This document shows positions 1-7,845 of a stretch of 20,000 nucleotides of DNA, in pieces. Origin of the DNA: an uncultured virus (IMG/VR IMGVR_UViG_3300042508_000149) (Duplodnaviria > Heunggongvirae > Uroviricota > Caudoviricetes); the IMG/VR virus record IMGVR_UViG_3300042508_000149. One strand, written 5' to 3'. The translations under genes and the position numbers were made by a program. How positions within the stretch are numbered: position 1 is the first letter of the stretch; each line of letters begins with the position of its first letter. Under the pieces are notes generated by a model, which had not been told where the DNA came from, made no database searches, and saw only the letters and a program-made list of their open reading frames with translations.

Positions 1-1800
1 GCCTCTGTGTCGGAATCGATATCTACGGCGGTGAGCGTATCAGAGTCAACTAGCAAATCAGTTTCGCTATCCCAAAGTATTTCAGCTTCAACAAGCACGT
101 CACAATCGATCTCTAAATCAACATCGTTGTCGCAAAGTTTAAGCACATCTGTTTCACAAAGTGAATCAGTATCAAAATCAACAAGCCTTTCTACTTCACT
201 TAGCAATTCAATATCAGCATCCATAAGCACTTCAGAGGCGGTTTCCAAATCAGTTTCTTTTTCACAAAGCGTTAGTTTGTCAACGTCTCAAAGCGAGTCG
301 GTATCTAAAGCAACAAGCATTTCGGCTTCTGTAAGCGCATCGACCTCGGCATCAACATCACAAAGTATTAGTTTGTCGCAGGAAGTAAGCAAACAGATCG
401 CAATATCGCAGAGCACATCGCAAAGCATAGCCCTGTCGCAAAGCCTCTCTCAATCGCAGGCGGTATCGGTTTCTGCGTCCGTTTCAGAGTCTGTATCTAA
501 GTCAGTCAGCACATCGCTTTCACTCAGCCAGTCAACATCTGCCGCGCTAAGCACATCTGTATCCCAAAGCCTTATCCTCAGTCAAAAAATGAGCGAAGAT
601 ATTGTTCGTGGCCTATCAATATCCGCATCGCTAAGCGCGTCCGAATCAGTCTCTCAATCAGTATCGAGATTGGTCTCTGCTTCTATTAGCACAAGCCAAT
701 CCGCTTCAACGTCGCTATCTCTTTCCGAGTCAATTTCAAAAGCAACGCAACTATCTATCTCTAATAGCTTGAGTGCTTCTACTTCTGTCAGTCAGTCACA
801 GTCATTATCTGCTTCACAGTCTGTGTCAAAAGCTCTATCTCAAAGCGTAAGTCAATCGCTTTCTTTAAGCGAGTCAGTCGCTCAAAGCATTAGCCAGTCA
901 TTATCACTATCAGCTCTCCAGTCACAGTCATTAAGTGTTAGCGAACAAATTGAGAGAGATAGGGCGGTTGGTATATCAATTTCCAATTCATTAAGTCAAT
1001 CAGTATCGTTAGAGGCTAGCAAGTCACAGTCAATTTCAATTAGCACATCGACCCAGCAGTCAATCAGCAACTCGGTGTCTTTGTCAGAAAGCGTTTCAAT
1101 ATCAACATATTTAAGCCAAGAAGTTTCGAGGCAGACATCGCTTAGTCAATCCCTTAGCACGGCAAATAGCTTGTCATTGAGCTTGTCACAAAGCCAATCG
1201 CTAAGCCAAAGCCTGTCACAGACACAGACTGTTTCTATTACCCCTTCAATTACACAGACGGTTTCGGTTACGGAAACCATTTCACCAACGGCAACGGTAG
1301 CCCCGTCAGTCACTGAATCAATCACTCAGACGGTTACGCAATCGGTCACTGAATCAATTACTGAGGTAGTCACACAAAGCCTTACTGAGACACTGACGCC
1401 AAGCATTACCGCAACGATCACTCAGTTGCCAACATTAGCGCCAACAATTACAGCTTCAGCAACCATTACTCCAAGTATTTCTGTAACGGAGACATTTACG
1501 CAAACGCCATCGCTAACGATGGTTATCACGACCACATCGTTGCCGCCTGTAACGACAACGATTACCATCCCTCTGGTAACGACTACGGAGCCTGTAACCA
1601 CGGAGCAAGTAACGACGATTACCATACCTCCGGTTACGCCTCCTCCAACTTCAGGAACGATACCCCCTGTAACGACGCCAGCGATTAGCATCCCCGAGCA
1701 AACAACAACCGCGCCAGTGACCACATTACCAGTCACAACGGCGCCGGTTATATCAGCAACAACAACATCAAAGCCACCGACGACTACATCAAAGCCTGGT
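1..1800 (+). repeat. Protein-level low-complexity repeat: S-X tract (about 1-1220), T-X tract (about 1220-1530), PT/TT mucin-like tract (about 1530-1800)
   Basis: Seen directly in the translation, with recurrent sub-motifs SQS, SESVSK and PPVTT. The DNA is not an exact tandem repeat because synonymous codons vary. Confidence 0.9.
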
Positions 1801-2064
1801 GGTTTGCCTTTCCCAGTATTTGGTATTCCAGCCGCCACCGGGCAGCAGAAAACTTACGTTGATTACGCACAGCCCAACGTGCTAGCACCAGAGTTTGGGC
1901 CATTTGATTTATTCAAGGCGCCCAGCTACTTGCGTCCTTTGCAAGATACTGGCAACTTTGGGTTAGCCGCACTATTAGGAGCCGCAAATGCGAAGCAGTC
2001 GGGGGATGGGAATAATCAATCCCAGCAAAATGCCGAAGGCCAAGGTCAAGCCCCGAAGGGATGA
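1..2064 (+). CDS. Serine-rich repeat / mucin-like protein (5' truncated by window edge); probable virion-associated protein
   Basis: Frame is open from base 1 (GCC TCT GTG TCG = A S V S), so the true start lies upstream. About 400 aa of S-X dipeptides, then T-X dipeptides, a Pro/Thr-rich segment and a non-repetitive C-terminus. Stop TGA at 2062-2064. Co-oriented with the structural genes. Confidence 0.8.
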   Translation, partial: ASVSESISTAVSVSESTSKSVSLSQSISASTSTSQSISKSTSLSQSLSTSVSQSESVSKSTSLSTSLSNSISASISTSEAVSKSVSFSQSVSLSTSQSESVSKATSISASVSASTSASTSQSISLSQEVSKQIAISQSTSQSIALSQSLSQSQAVSVSASVSESVSKSVSTSLSLSQSTSAALSTSVSQSLILSQKMSEDIVRGLSISASLSASESVSQSVSRLVSASISTSQSASTSLSLSESISKATQLSISNSLSASTSVSQSQSLSASQSVSKALSQSVSQSLSLSESVAQSISQSLSLSALQSQSLSVSEQIERDRAVGISISNSLSQSVSLEASKSQSISISTSTQQSISNSVSLSESVSISTYLSQEVSRQTSLSQSLSTANSLSLSLSQSQSLSQSLSQTQTVSITPSITQTVSVTETISPTATVAPSVTESITQTVTQSVTESITEVVTQSLTETLTPSITATITQLPTLAPTITASATITPSISVTETFTQTPSLTMVITTTSLPPVTTTITIPLVTTTEPVTTEQVTTITIPPVTPPPTSGTIPPVTTPAISIPEQTTTAPVTTLPVTTAPVISATTTSKPPTTTSKPGGLPFPVFGIPAATGQQKTYVDYAQPNVLAPEFGPFDLFKAPSYLRPLQDTGNFGLAALLGAANAKQSGDGNNQSQQNAEGQGQAPKG

Positions 2065-2263
2065 CACGGACTTTACGCAATACGCGGAGGGAGGCAAGGT
2101 GAATGAAGCTGGTAATTACACCAAGCCAACCATGCGTAAAAAACTTTTTAATCAGATTAAGAGCGCCGCTGTTCAAGGTACCGGCGCTGGAAAATGGTCA
2201 GCCAGAAAAGCACAGCTCTTGGCTAAGCGTTACAAAGAGCGTGGCGGCGGGTATACTTCATGA
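1988..2263 (+). CDS. Small basic phage protein; C-terminal half resembles the N-terminal half of DUF5872-type proteins
   Basis: AGGAG RBS at 1977-1981, ATG at 1988. Motifs YAEGG, NYTKP and GKWSARKAQLLAKRYKERGGGY. ATGA overlap with the next gene. Confidence 0.8.
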   Translation: MRSSRGMGIINPSKMPKAKVKPRRDDTDFTQYAEGGKVNEAGNYTKPTMRKKLFNQIKSAAVQGTGAGKWSARKAQLLAKRYKERGGGYTS

Positions 2264-2505
2264 AAGCACCGCAACAATCATTAAAAGCTTGGACGGAACA
2301 AAAGTGGCGAACCCGAAGCGGTAAGCGTTCGTCTGATACAGGTGAGAGGTATTTACCAGAAGCTGCAATAAAATCGTTATCGCCACAGGAGTATGCTGCT
2401 ACAACCAGAGCCAAGCGAGAAGGTAAGGCAAAAGGAAAGCAATTTGTAGCGCAGCCTAAAGCAATAGCCAAAAAGGTTGCACCGTTTCGGAAGGTAGGAA
2501 AATGA
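2260..2505 (+). CDS. Small basic phage protein resembling the C-terminal half of DUF5872-type proteins
   Basis: ATGA-coupled on both sides (2260-2263 and 2502-2505). Motifs QQSLKAWTEQKWRT, ERYLP and GKQFV. Confidence 0.8.
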   Translation: MKAPQQSLKAWTEQKWRTRSGKRSSDTGERYLPEAAIKSLSPQEYAATTRAKREGKAKGKQFVAQPKAIAKKVAPFRKVGK

Positions 2506-3473
2506 CTACGTCAGGCACAACTTCATTCAATCCTAACTTAAACGAATGTGTTGAAGAGGCATACGAAAGGTGTGGTCGTGAATTACGTTCGGGCTACGAT
2601 CTGAGGACCGCCCGTAGGTCGCTTAATCTTTTGCTCACGGAGTGGTCTAACCGCGGGGTAAATCTATGGACCATGGAGCAGGGTGCAATACAGCTCTATG
2701 CCAATCAAATTACTTACCCTTTACCGATTAATACGGTTGACCTGGTGGAAACCATCATCCGCACAGGAGAGGGGCAGAACCAGACGGATATTAATATCAG
2801 CCGGATTTCGGTAAGTACATACTCCACCATACCAAATAAGCTAGCCACGGGCAGGCCTATTCAAATTTACATAGACCGACAGGGTGGACAGACCTATGTT
2901 TTCACAGGCACGTTGGCCGCTAATATCACATCCTCTGCTACGACAATACCGATGTCTAGCCTCGCAGGGATACCATATGCAGGATATGCAAACATTGGAT
3001 CGGAGACGGTTTATTACTACGGTACTTCAACCCAAGCCGAGAATGTGGCAACGGGCACTTCAGCTTATGCAACGCTAGACAATGTTGTCCGCGGGCAGAA
3101 CAACACAACGGCTGCTGCTCATTCTTCAGGCGCAACGGTAAGCAATACCAAGTTTCCTAATGTAACGGTATGGCCAGCCCCGGATCAGGGTTCCATCTCT
3201 ACGCCTTATTACACACTGGTTTACTGGCGGATGCGTAGGATGCAAGACGCAGGGAATGGTGTGAACGTGGAGGACATTCCCTATCGATTCCAAGAGGCAC
3301 TTATATCAGGGCTTGCATATAAGCTGTCTATGAAAGTAGAGGGCGGCTTGGAGAGGATGGCCATGCTAAAGGCTCAGTATGATGAGTCATGGGATCTGGC
3401 GGCAGGCGAAGATCGCGAGAAAGCGCCTATCAGGTTTGTGCCAAGGCAGTCATTCTTGGGCGTGAACTTCTAA
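2502..3473 (+). CDS. Putative head-to-tail adaptor / tail tubular protein A-like virion protein with an inserted beta-rich domain
   Basis: 323 aa ORF with RS beginning EEAYERCG..SGYDLRTARRSLNLLLTEWSNRGVNLWT, a central GRP..Y..DR / VWPAPD and C-terminal DIPYRFQEALISGLAYKL. This pattern is typical of podophage adaptor-type proteins. Position in the structural operon agrees. Confidence 0.65.
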   Translation: MTTSGTTSFNPNLNECVEEAYERCGRELRSGYDLRTARRSLNLLLTEWSNRGVNLWTMEQGAIQLYANQITYPLPINTVDLVETIIRTGEGQNQTDINISRISVSTYSTIPNKLATGRPIQIYIDRQGGQTYVFTGTLAANITSSATTIPMSSLAGIPYAGYANIGSETVYYYGTSTQAENVATGTSAYATLDNVVRGQNNTTAAAHSSGATVSNTKFPNVTVWPAPDQGSISTPYYTLVYWRMRRMQDAGNGVNVEDIPYRFQEALISGLAYKLSMKVEGGLERMAMLKAQYDESWDLAAGEDREKAPIRFVPRQSFLGVNF

Positions 3474-3899
3474 ATGCCTAATCAGTTTGCCAGTGGAAAG
3501 TTTGCTATCGCCCAGTGCGATAGGTGTAATTTTCGCTATAAACTAAAGCAGCTCAAGGTGCTTACAATTAAAACCAAGAATGTTAATATCTTGGTATGCC
3601 CAGAATGTTGGGAACCTGATCAGCCGCAGTTGCAGCTTGGCATGTTTCCCATTTCCGATCCGCAGGCCGTAAGGAATCCACGTCCCGATTCCAACTCGTA
3701 TTACCAGTCAGGCTATAACGGGATGCAGACCAACTACACGATAGGGACAGACCCTTTATATACGGGCGTTCCGCTTGAAGGAAGCCGGGTTATAGAATGG
3801 GGCTTCAATCCAGTTGGTGGCGCAAGATCTTTTGATTATGGCATGACCCCCAATCACTTGGTGGGGCAGGCCCTGTTAAACAGTGTATCAGCCTCCTAG
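3474..3899 (+). CDS. Conserved phage protein with two CxxC motifs (putative Zn-binding)
   Basis: Starts immediately after the upstream TAA. Contains CDRC and CPECWEPDQPQL, then DPQAVRNPRPD. Confidence 0.75.
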   Translation: MPNQFASGKFAIAQCDRCNFRYKLKQLKVLTIKTKNVNILVCPECWEPDQPQLQLGMFPISDPQAVRNPRPDSNSYYQSGYNGMQTNYTIGTDPLYTGVPLEGSRVIEWGFNPVGGARSFDYGMTPNHLVGQALLNSVSAS

Positions 3900-3908
3900 G
3901 AGCAAGTG

Positions 3909-4079
3909 ATGAAAGATGATATCAAGCAAGACAAAAAGACAGCCGCCGCTGCGGTGCATAAGCATGAAAAAGCAATGCACCCTGGTAAGCCATTGACCAA
4001 GATGCGTAAGGGCGGCCCTACATCAGAAATGATGAAGAAGATGGGACGCAATCTTGCACGCGCACGTAATCAGGGGTAA
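3909..4079 (+). CDS. Small basic hypothetical phage protein, 56 aa (not in supplied ORF track)
   Basis: AGGAG RBS at 3898-3902, ATG 3909, TAA 4077-4079. Translation MKDDIKQDKKTAAAAVHKHEKAMHPGKPLTKMRKGGPTSEMMKKMGRNLARARNQG. It fills the gap between two genes almost exactly. Confidence 0.8.
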   Translation: MKDDIKQDKKTAAAAVHKHEKAMHPGKPLTKMRKGGPTSEMMKKMGRNLARARNQG

Positions 4080-4082
4080 GTT

Positions 4083-4343
4083 ATGGCCAAGTATTCAATG
4101 AAGCAGGGCGGCAAAGAAGTCGGTCCTGCATCGGTATACGCTGAACCGCATACCATGGCGGGCGCAAAAGTTGTTGCATCGCCAAACCCCGGCAAAGAGA
4201 TGCCCTATAACATGGTGAAGGATTGGCAACCGACCCATGGTGTAGCCATGAACCCCAATAGTCAAGTGAAGACTTCTGGTATTAAGATGCGTGGTGCCGG
4301 GGCTGCGACCAAAGGTACGATGTGCCGGGGTCCAATGGCTTAA
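4083..4343 (+). CDS. Small basic hypothetical phage protein
   Basis: 86 aa, starting 3 nt after the previous stop. N-terminal MKQGG and C-terminal GIKMRGAGAATKG motif, of a kind seen in small structural-module proteins of aquatic phages. Confidence 0.75.
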   Translation: MAKYSMKQGGKEVGPASVYAEPHTMAGAKVVASPNPGKEMPYNMVKDWQPTHGVAMNPNSQVKTSGIKMRGAGAATKGTMCRGPMA

Positions 4344-4352
4344 GGAGCCAAC

Positions 4353-5024
4353 ATGAACTGGGGCCAGCTTAAGACTGCGATACAAGATTATTGCGAAACG
4401 ACGTTTGAGACGGTAACGCTCCAGACGTTTGCCAAGCAGGCAGAGCAACGAATCTTCAATTCCATTCAGTTTCCGTCGCTACGGAAAAACGTAGTTGGAA
4501 CCTGCACGATTAATAATCGGTATCTTCAGGCGCCCACGGATTTTCTTGCACCCTATTCACTGGCGGTTATTGATGCAGGCGGCGCTTACAAGTATCTGCT
4601 TAACAAAGATGTGAACTTTATTCGTGAGGCGTTCCCAGCGCCCACGGGTTCTGGCAATACAGGCGAGCCTTATTGCTATGCAATCTTTGGACCTGATTCG
4701 ACCGATGAGAAAGAGTGGGTGTTTTTACTTGGGCCAACGCCTGACGCTGCATACAGTGTAGAGCTGCATTACTTCTACTATCCAACATCGATTGCGGCAA
4801 CAGATACAGATGCCAATACGACGTGGCTTAGTGATAACTTTGATTCAGTGCTTTTGTATGGCTGCCTGGTAGAGGCTTACACCTTCCTGAAGGGTGAGCC
4901 AGACATGATTCAAAACATCACAGGTAGATACAAAGAAGCACTTGCTCTTGCTAAGCGTCTTGGTGACGGCCTTGACCGCCAGGATGCATATCGTTCTGGG
5001 CAGGTTCGGGATAAGGTGGTGTAA
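4353..5024 (+). CDS. Putative phage adaptor / head-completion virion protein
   Basis: TAAGGAG RBS at 4341-4347. 223 aa with LKTAIQDY..F..QAEQRI, P.DFL, GPTPD..Y.VELHYFYYP and LLYG.LVEAY.FLKG motifs typical of adaptor-like proteins. Confidence 0.7.
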   Translation: MNWGQLKTAIQDYCETTFETVTLQTFAKQAEQRIFNSIQFPSLRKNVVGTCTINNRYLQAPTDFLAPYSLAVIDAGGAYKYLLNKDVNFIREAFPAPTGSGNTGEPYCYAIFGPDSTDEKEWVFLLGPTPDAAYSVELHYFYYPTSIAATDTDANTTWLSDNFDSVLLYGCLVEAYTFLKGEPDMIQNITGRYKEALALAKRLGDGLDRQDAYRSGQVRDKVV

Positions 5025-5452
5025 TGGCAATCATTCAAACCCTGACAACAAGCTTCAAAGTAGAGCTGGCTCAGGGCTTGCATAACTTCACTGCGAGTAC
5101 TGGCGATGTCTTTAAGATGGCCCTCTACACAGCCAACGCTGATCTTGGTGCCTCGACGACTGCTTACACAGCAGCGGGTGAATCCAGTGGAACCAATTAC
5201 ACGGCCGGCGGGATTGCACTCACAAACATCACGCCAACCTTTCAAGGAACTACTGCTTACTGGACGTTTGATACCGCCACATTCACCAACGTGACTTTGA
5301 CGACAAATGGCGCATTGATATACAACTTTACCAATGGAAATCGATCTGTAGCGGTATTAAACTTTGGGGTGAATATCACAAAATCGGGACAGGATTTGGT
5401 GATTACATTTCCGGCGGCAGATGCAACCAATGCAGTTTTAAGGATTGCTTGA
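5024..5452 (+). CDS. Conserved virion structural protein (tail-associated, beta-rich)
   Basis: TAATG overlap with the previous gene. Motifs TSFKVEL..G.HNF, FKMALYT, GTNYTAGG..L, GALIYN and AVAVLNFG. Lies directly upstream of the tail-fibre genes. Confidence 0.7.
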   Translation: MAIIQTLTTSFKVELAQGLHNFTASTGDVFKMALYTANADLGASTTAYTAAGESSGTNYTAGGIALTNITPTFQGTTAYWTFDTATFTNVTLTTNGALIYNFTNGNRSVAVLNFGVNITKSGQDLVITFPAADATNAVLRIA

Positions 5453-5453
5453 T

Positions 5454-5546
5454 ATGTGGACGCAAATTACCACGACGCAGGTAGCTAGCTGGGGCGGTAT
5501 CACACCCGGTGTTACGACAACTTGGACGCAGGTGGTAACGACATGA
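5454..5546 (+). CDS. 30-aa Trp/Thr-repeat micro-protein (not in supplied ORF track)
   Basis: ATG 5454, 1 nt after the previous stop, with AAGGA at 5440-5444. Translation [30 protein letters not shown]. Its TGA (5544-5546) overlaps the tail-fibre ATG (5543) as ATGA. Confidence 0.65.
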   Translation: MWTQITTTQVASWGGITPGVTTTWTQVVTT

Positions 5547-7843
5547 CCGTTAATTACACAACCCTACTTAAGCTAGCCCAGCCCGTAAACGGGACGGAAG
5601 ATGGTACGTGGGGCACCACGGTTAATGATGCGCTCACTGCGCCAGTTGATGTTGCTATTGGCGGCTCGATATCCATCGATGTCACGGGCGGTAATGTCAC
5701 ATTAAGTAACGGAGATGGTTCGGCTAGTAACGAGGCGCGTTATGCCGTGCTTTTAATAACTGGTACGCCAGGAGTTAGCCGAAATGTTGTAGCGCCAGGC
5801 GGATCAGCAAGCCGTAGTTGGTATATCGTAAAGAATGGTTCTGATGCTGCAATTGTTGTTAAAGCTTCCGCGACCACAGGTGTAACGATTACATCAGGCT
5901 CTGAGGCGGTCATTTATTGGAACGGATCCGACTATGTAGCAAGTGGTGTTATTGGGCCAGCTTCTTCAACAGACAACGCGGTTGCAAGATTCGATGGAAC
6001 CACAGGTAAGGTTATCCAAAACTCTGCGGTAACCATCGCGGATACTACGGGCGATATCACAGGCGGTAAGTACAACAAGGTAACAGTCACTGCTCCAGCA
6101 ACCGGTTCGACGCTTACGATAGCTGATGGAAAGACGTTCACTGCAAGCAATACGGTAACGCTCTCTGGAACAGATGGTTCCACCATGGCTTTTGGCGCTG
6201 GTGGTACGGTAGCCTATACGTCAGATAAGCTATCTGCGTTTGCGTCAACCACTTCAGCAGAATTGCGTGGAGTCATATCAGATGAAACAGGCACGGGCTC
6301 ACTAGTATTTGCAACGAGTCCGACACTTGTTACGCCAATACTTGGAACGCCAACATCCGTAACGCTCACAAATGCCACGGGATTACCCTTGTCTACCGGC
6401 GTCACCGGTACGCTCCCTTATGGTAATGGCGGTACAGGATTAAGTTCACTTGGGTCTGCGCTTCAGGTTCTGCGCGTTAACTCTGGTGCTACGGCGCTGG
6501 AATACGCAACTATCAGCGCAGGCGACGTATCTGGACCAAGTTCGTCTACCGATGGTCAGATTGCATTATTTGATGGAACTACTGGCAAGCTTATTAAAGC
6601 AGCTACAACCACAGGTCTTGTGAAGGCCACGTCAGGTGTTCTAGCAGCAGCGGTAAGCAGCACGGATTACGCACCTGCAACGACCGGTACGAGCGCCCAG
6701 CTTTTAGCCAATAACGGTAGTGGTGGTTTCAGTAATGTCACAGTTGGTTCTGGGTTAACACTCTCTGCTGGCACGTTATCCGCATCGGGTGGTAGTGGAA
6801 CCGTGACACAGGTGGCGCAGACGTTTACCGGTGGTTTGATTTCGGTGGCCGGATCGCCAATTACATCATCCGGCACGCTAGCGTTGAGTGTTGCAGGAAC
6901 ATCCGGTGGTTTGGTTTATTTCTCTGGGTCATCAACCTGGGCAAGCTCTGGCGTATTGGCCGCAAATGCTCTTATGGTTGGTGGCGGAGCCGGGTCGGCT
7001 CCAAGCACGGTAACAACAGGGACGGGCGTTGTAACGGCTCTTGGTGTAAATACTGGATCCGCTGGGGCATTTGTTGTTAATGGTGGTGCTCTAGGTACAC
7101 CAAGTTCAGGTGCGGTAACTAACCTTACTGGCACGGCTTCAATCAATATTAACGGTACGGTAGGAGCAACAACACCGACAACAGGGGCGTTTACGACGCT
7201 TTCCGCCTCTTCGACTACGACGTTATCCGGCCTTACAGCAAGTACCGCGTTAGCTTTAGATGCAAGCAAAAACATTGTTAGCGTTACTAACACAGGTACG
7301 GGTAATAATGTTTTGGCTACATCGCCGGTACTTACAACGCCAAACCTTGGCACTCCATCAGCGGTTACGCTTACTAACGCCACGGGGCTTCCGTTATCTA
7401 CTGGCGTTACCGGTAATCTGCCAGTTACCAACCTTAATTCAGGAACCGGTGCGTCATCAACGACGTTTTGGCGCGGTGATGGCACATGGGCTACGCCTGC
7501 CGGCGGTGGCGGCACACCCGGCGGGTCTGATACTCAAATTCAATTTAATAGTTCAGGGTCGTTTGGTGGCAGCGCAAACTTTACATGGGATGGTACGAAC
7601 GTACAGATTGGCGCGACAGGAGCCTTACGTTTTGCTGATACAGATTCGAGTAATTATGTTGCTTTCAAATCACCGGGTACGGTAGCTACCAATGTAACTT
7701 GGACGTTGCCAAGTGCCGATGGGTCAAACGGCCAGTTTTTGAAAACAAATGGATCTGGAACCCTTTCTTGGGCAACGGCTAGCGGAGGTGGTTCAAGCAC
7801 TGGAGGCAACATTTATATGGCTAACACTTACGGAGCTTTTTAA
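5543..7843 (+). CDS. Tail fibre protein (766 aa; start revised from TTG 5522 to ATG 5543)
   Basis: G/T/S/A-rich. N-terminal anchor-like motif L.L..P..G..DGTWG.TVN, internal repeats, and fibre motifs [37 protein letters not shown] coupling supports the 5543 start. Confidence 0.8.
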   Translation: MTVNYTTLLKLAQPVNGTEDGTWGTTVNDALTAPVDVAIGGSISIDVTGGNVTLSNGDGSASNEARYAVLLITGTPGVSRNVVAPGGSASRSWYIVKNGSDAAIVVKASATTGVTITSGSEAVIYWNGSDYVASGVIGPASSTDNAVARFDGTTGKVIQNSAVTIADTTGDITGGKYNKVTVTAPATGSTLTIADGKTFTASNTVTLSGTDGSTMAFGAGGTVAYTSDKLSAFASTTSAELRGVISDETGTGSLVFATSPTLVTPILGTPTSVTLTNATGLPLSTGVTGTLPYGNGGTGLSSLGSALQVLRVNSGATALEYATISAGDVSGPSSSTDGQIALFDGTTGKLIKAATTTGLVKATSGVLAAAVSSTDYAPATTGTSAQLLANNGSGGFSNVTVGSGLTLSAGTLSASGGSGTVTQVAQTFTGGLISVAGSPITSSGTLALSVAGTSGGLVYFSGSSTWASSGVLAANALMVGGGAGSAPSTVTTGTGVVTALGVNTGSAGAFVVNGGALGTPSSGAVTNLTGTASININGTVGATTPTTGAFTTLSASSTTTLSGLTASTALALDASKNIVSVTNTGTGNNVLATSPVLTTPNLGTPSAVTLTNATGLPLSTGVTGNLPVTNLNSGTGASSTTFWRGDGTWATPAGGGGTPGGSDTQIQFNSSGSFGGSANFTWDGTNVQIGATGALRFADTDSSNYVAFKSPGTVATNVTWTLPSADGSNGQFLKTNGSGTLSWATASGGGSSTGGNIYMANTYGAF

Positions 7844-7845
7844 TC

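Noticed and set aside
1..1800. CRISPR array or DNA tandem repeat in the low-complexity start of the window
   Set aside because: There are no identical DNA repeats with spacers; the periodicity exists only at the protein level.
1422..1838. - strand Val/Gly-rich ORF that looks like a membrane protein (also 5932-6186, 6214-6405, 6667-6876, 6916-7515, 8867-9199, 18460-19167, 19508-19885)
   Set aside because: These are antisense mirrors of Thr/Pro-, Gly- or Lys/Glu-rich sense genes, whose codon bias suppresses stops on the opposite strand.
5522..5542. TTG start for the tail fibre and TTG start (11550) for the lysozyme from the ORF track
   Set aside because: Downstream ATGs at 5543 and 11562 form ATGA overlaps with the upstream stops, matching the coupling pattern used throughout the operon.
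6302..7423. Diversity-generating retroelement TR/VR pair suggested by the repeated fibre segments
   Set aside because: Both copies are in-frame within one gene, differences are mainly synonymous third positions rather than adenine-specific, and there is no reverse transcriptase in the window.
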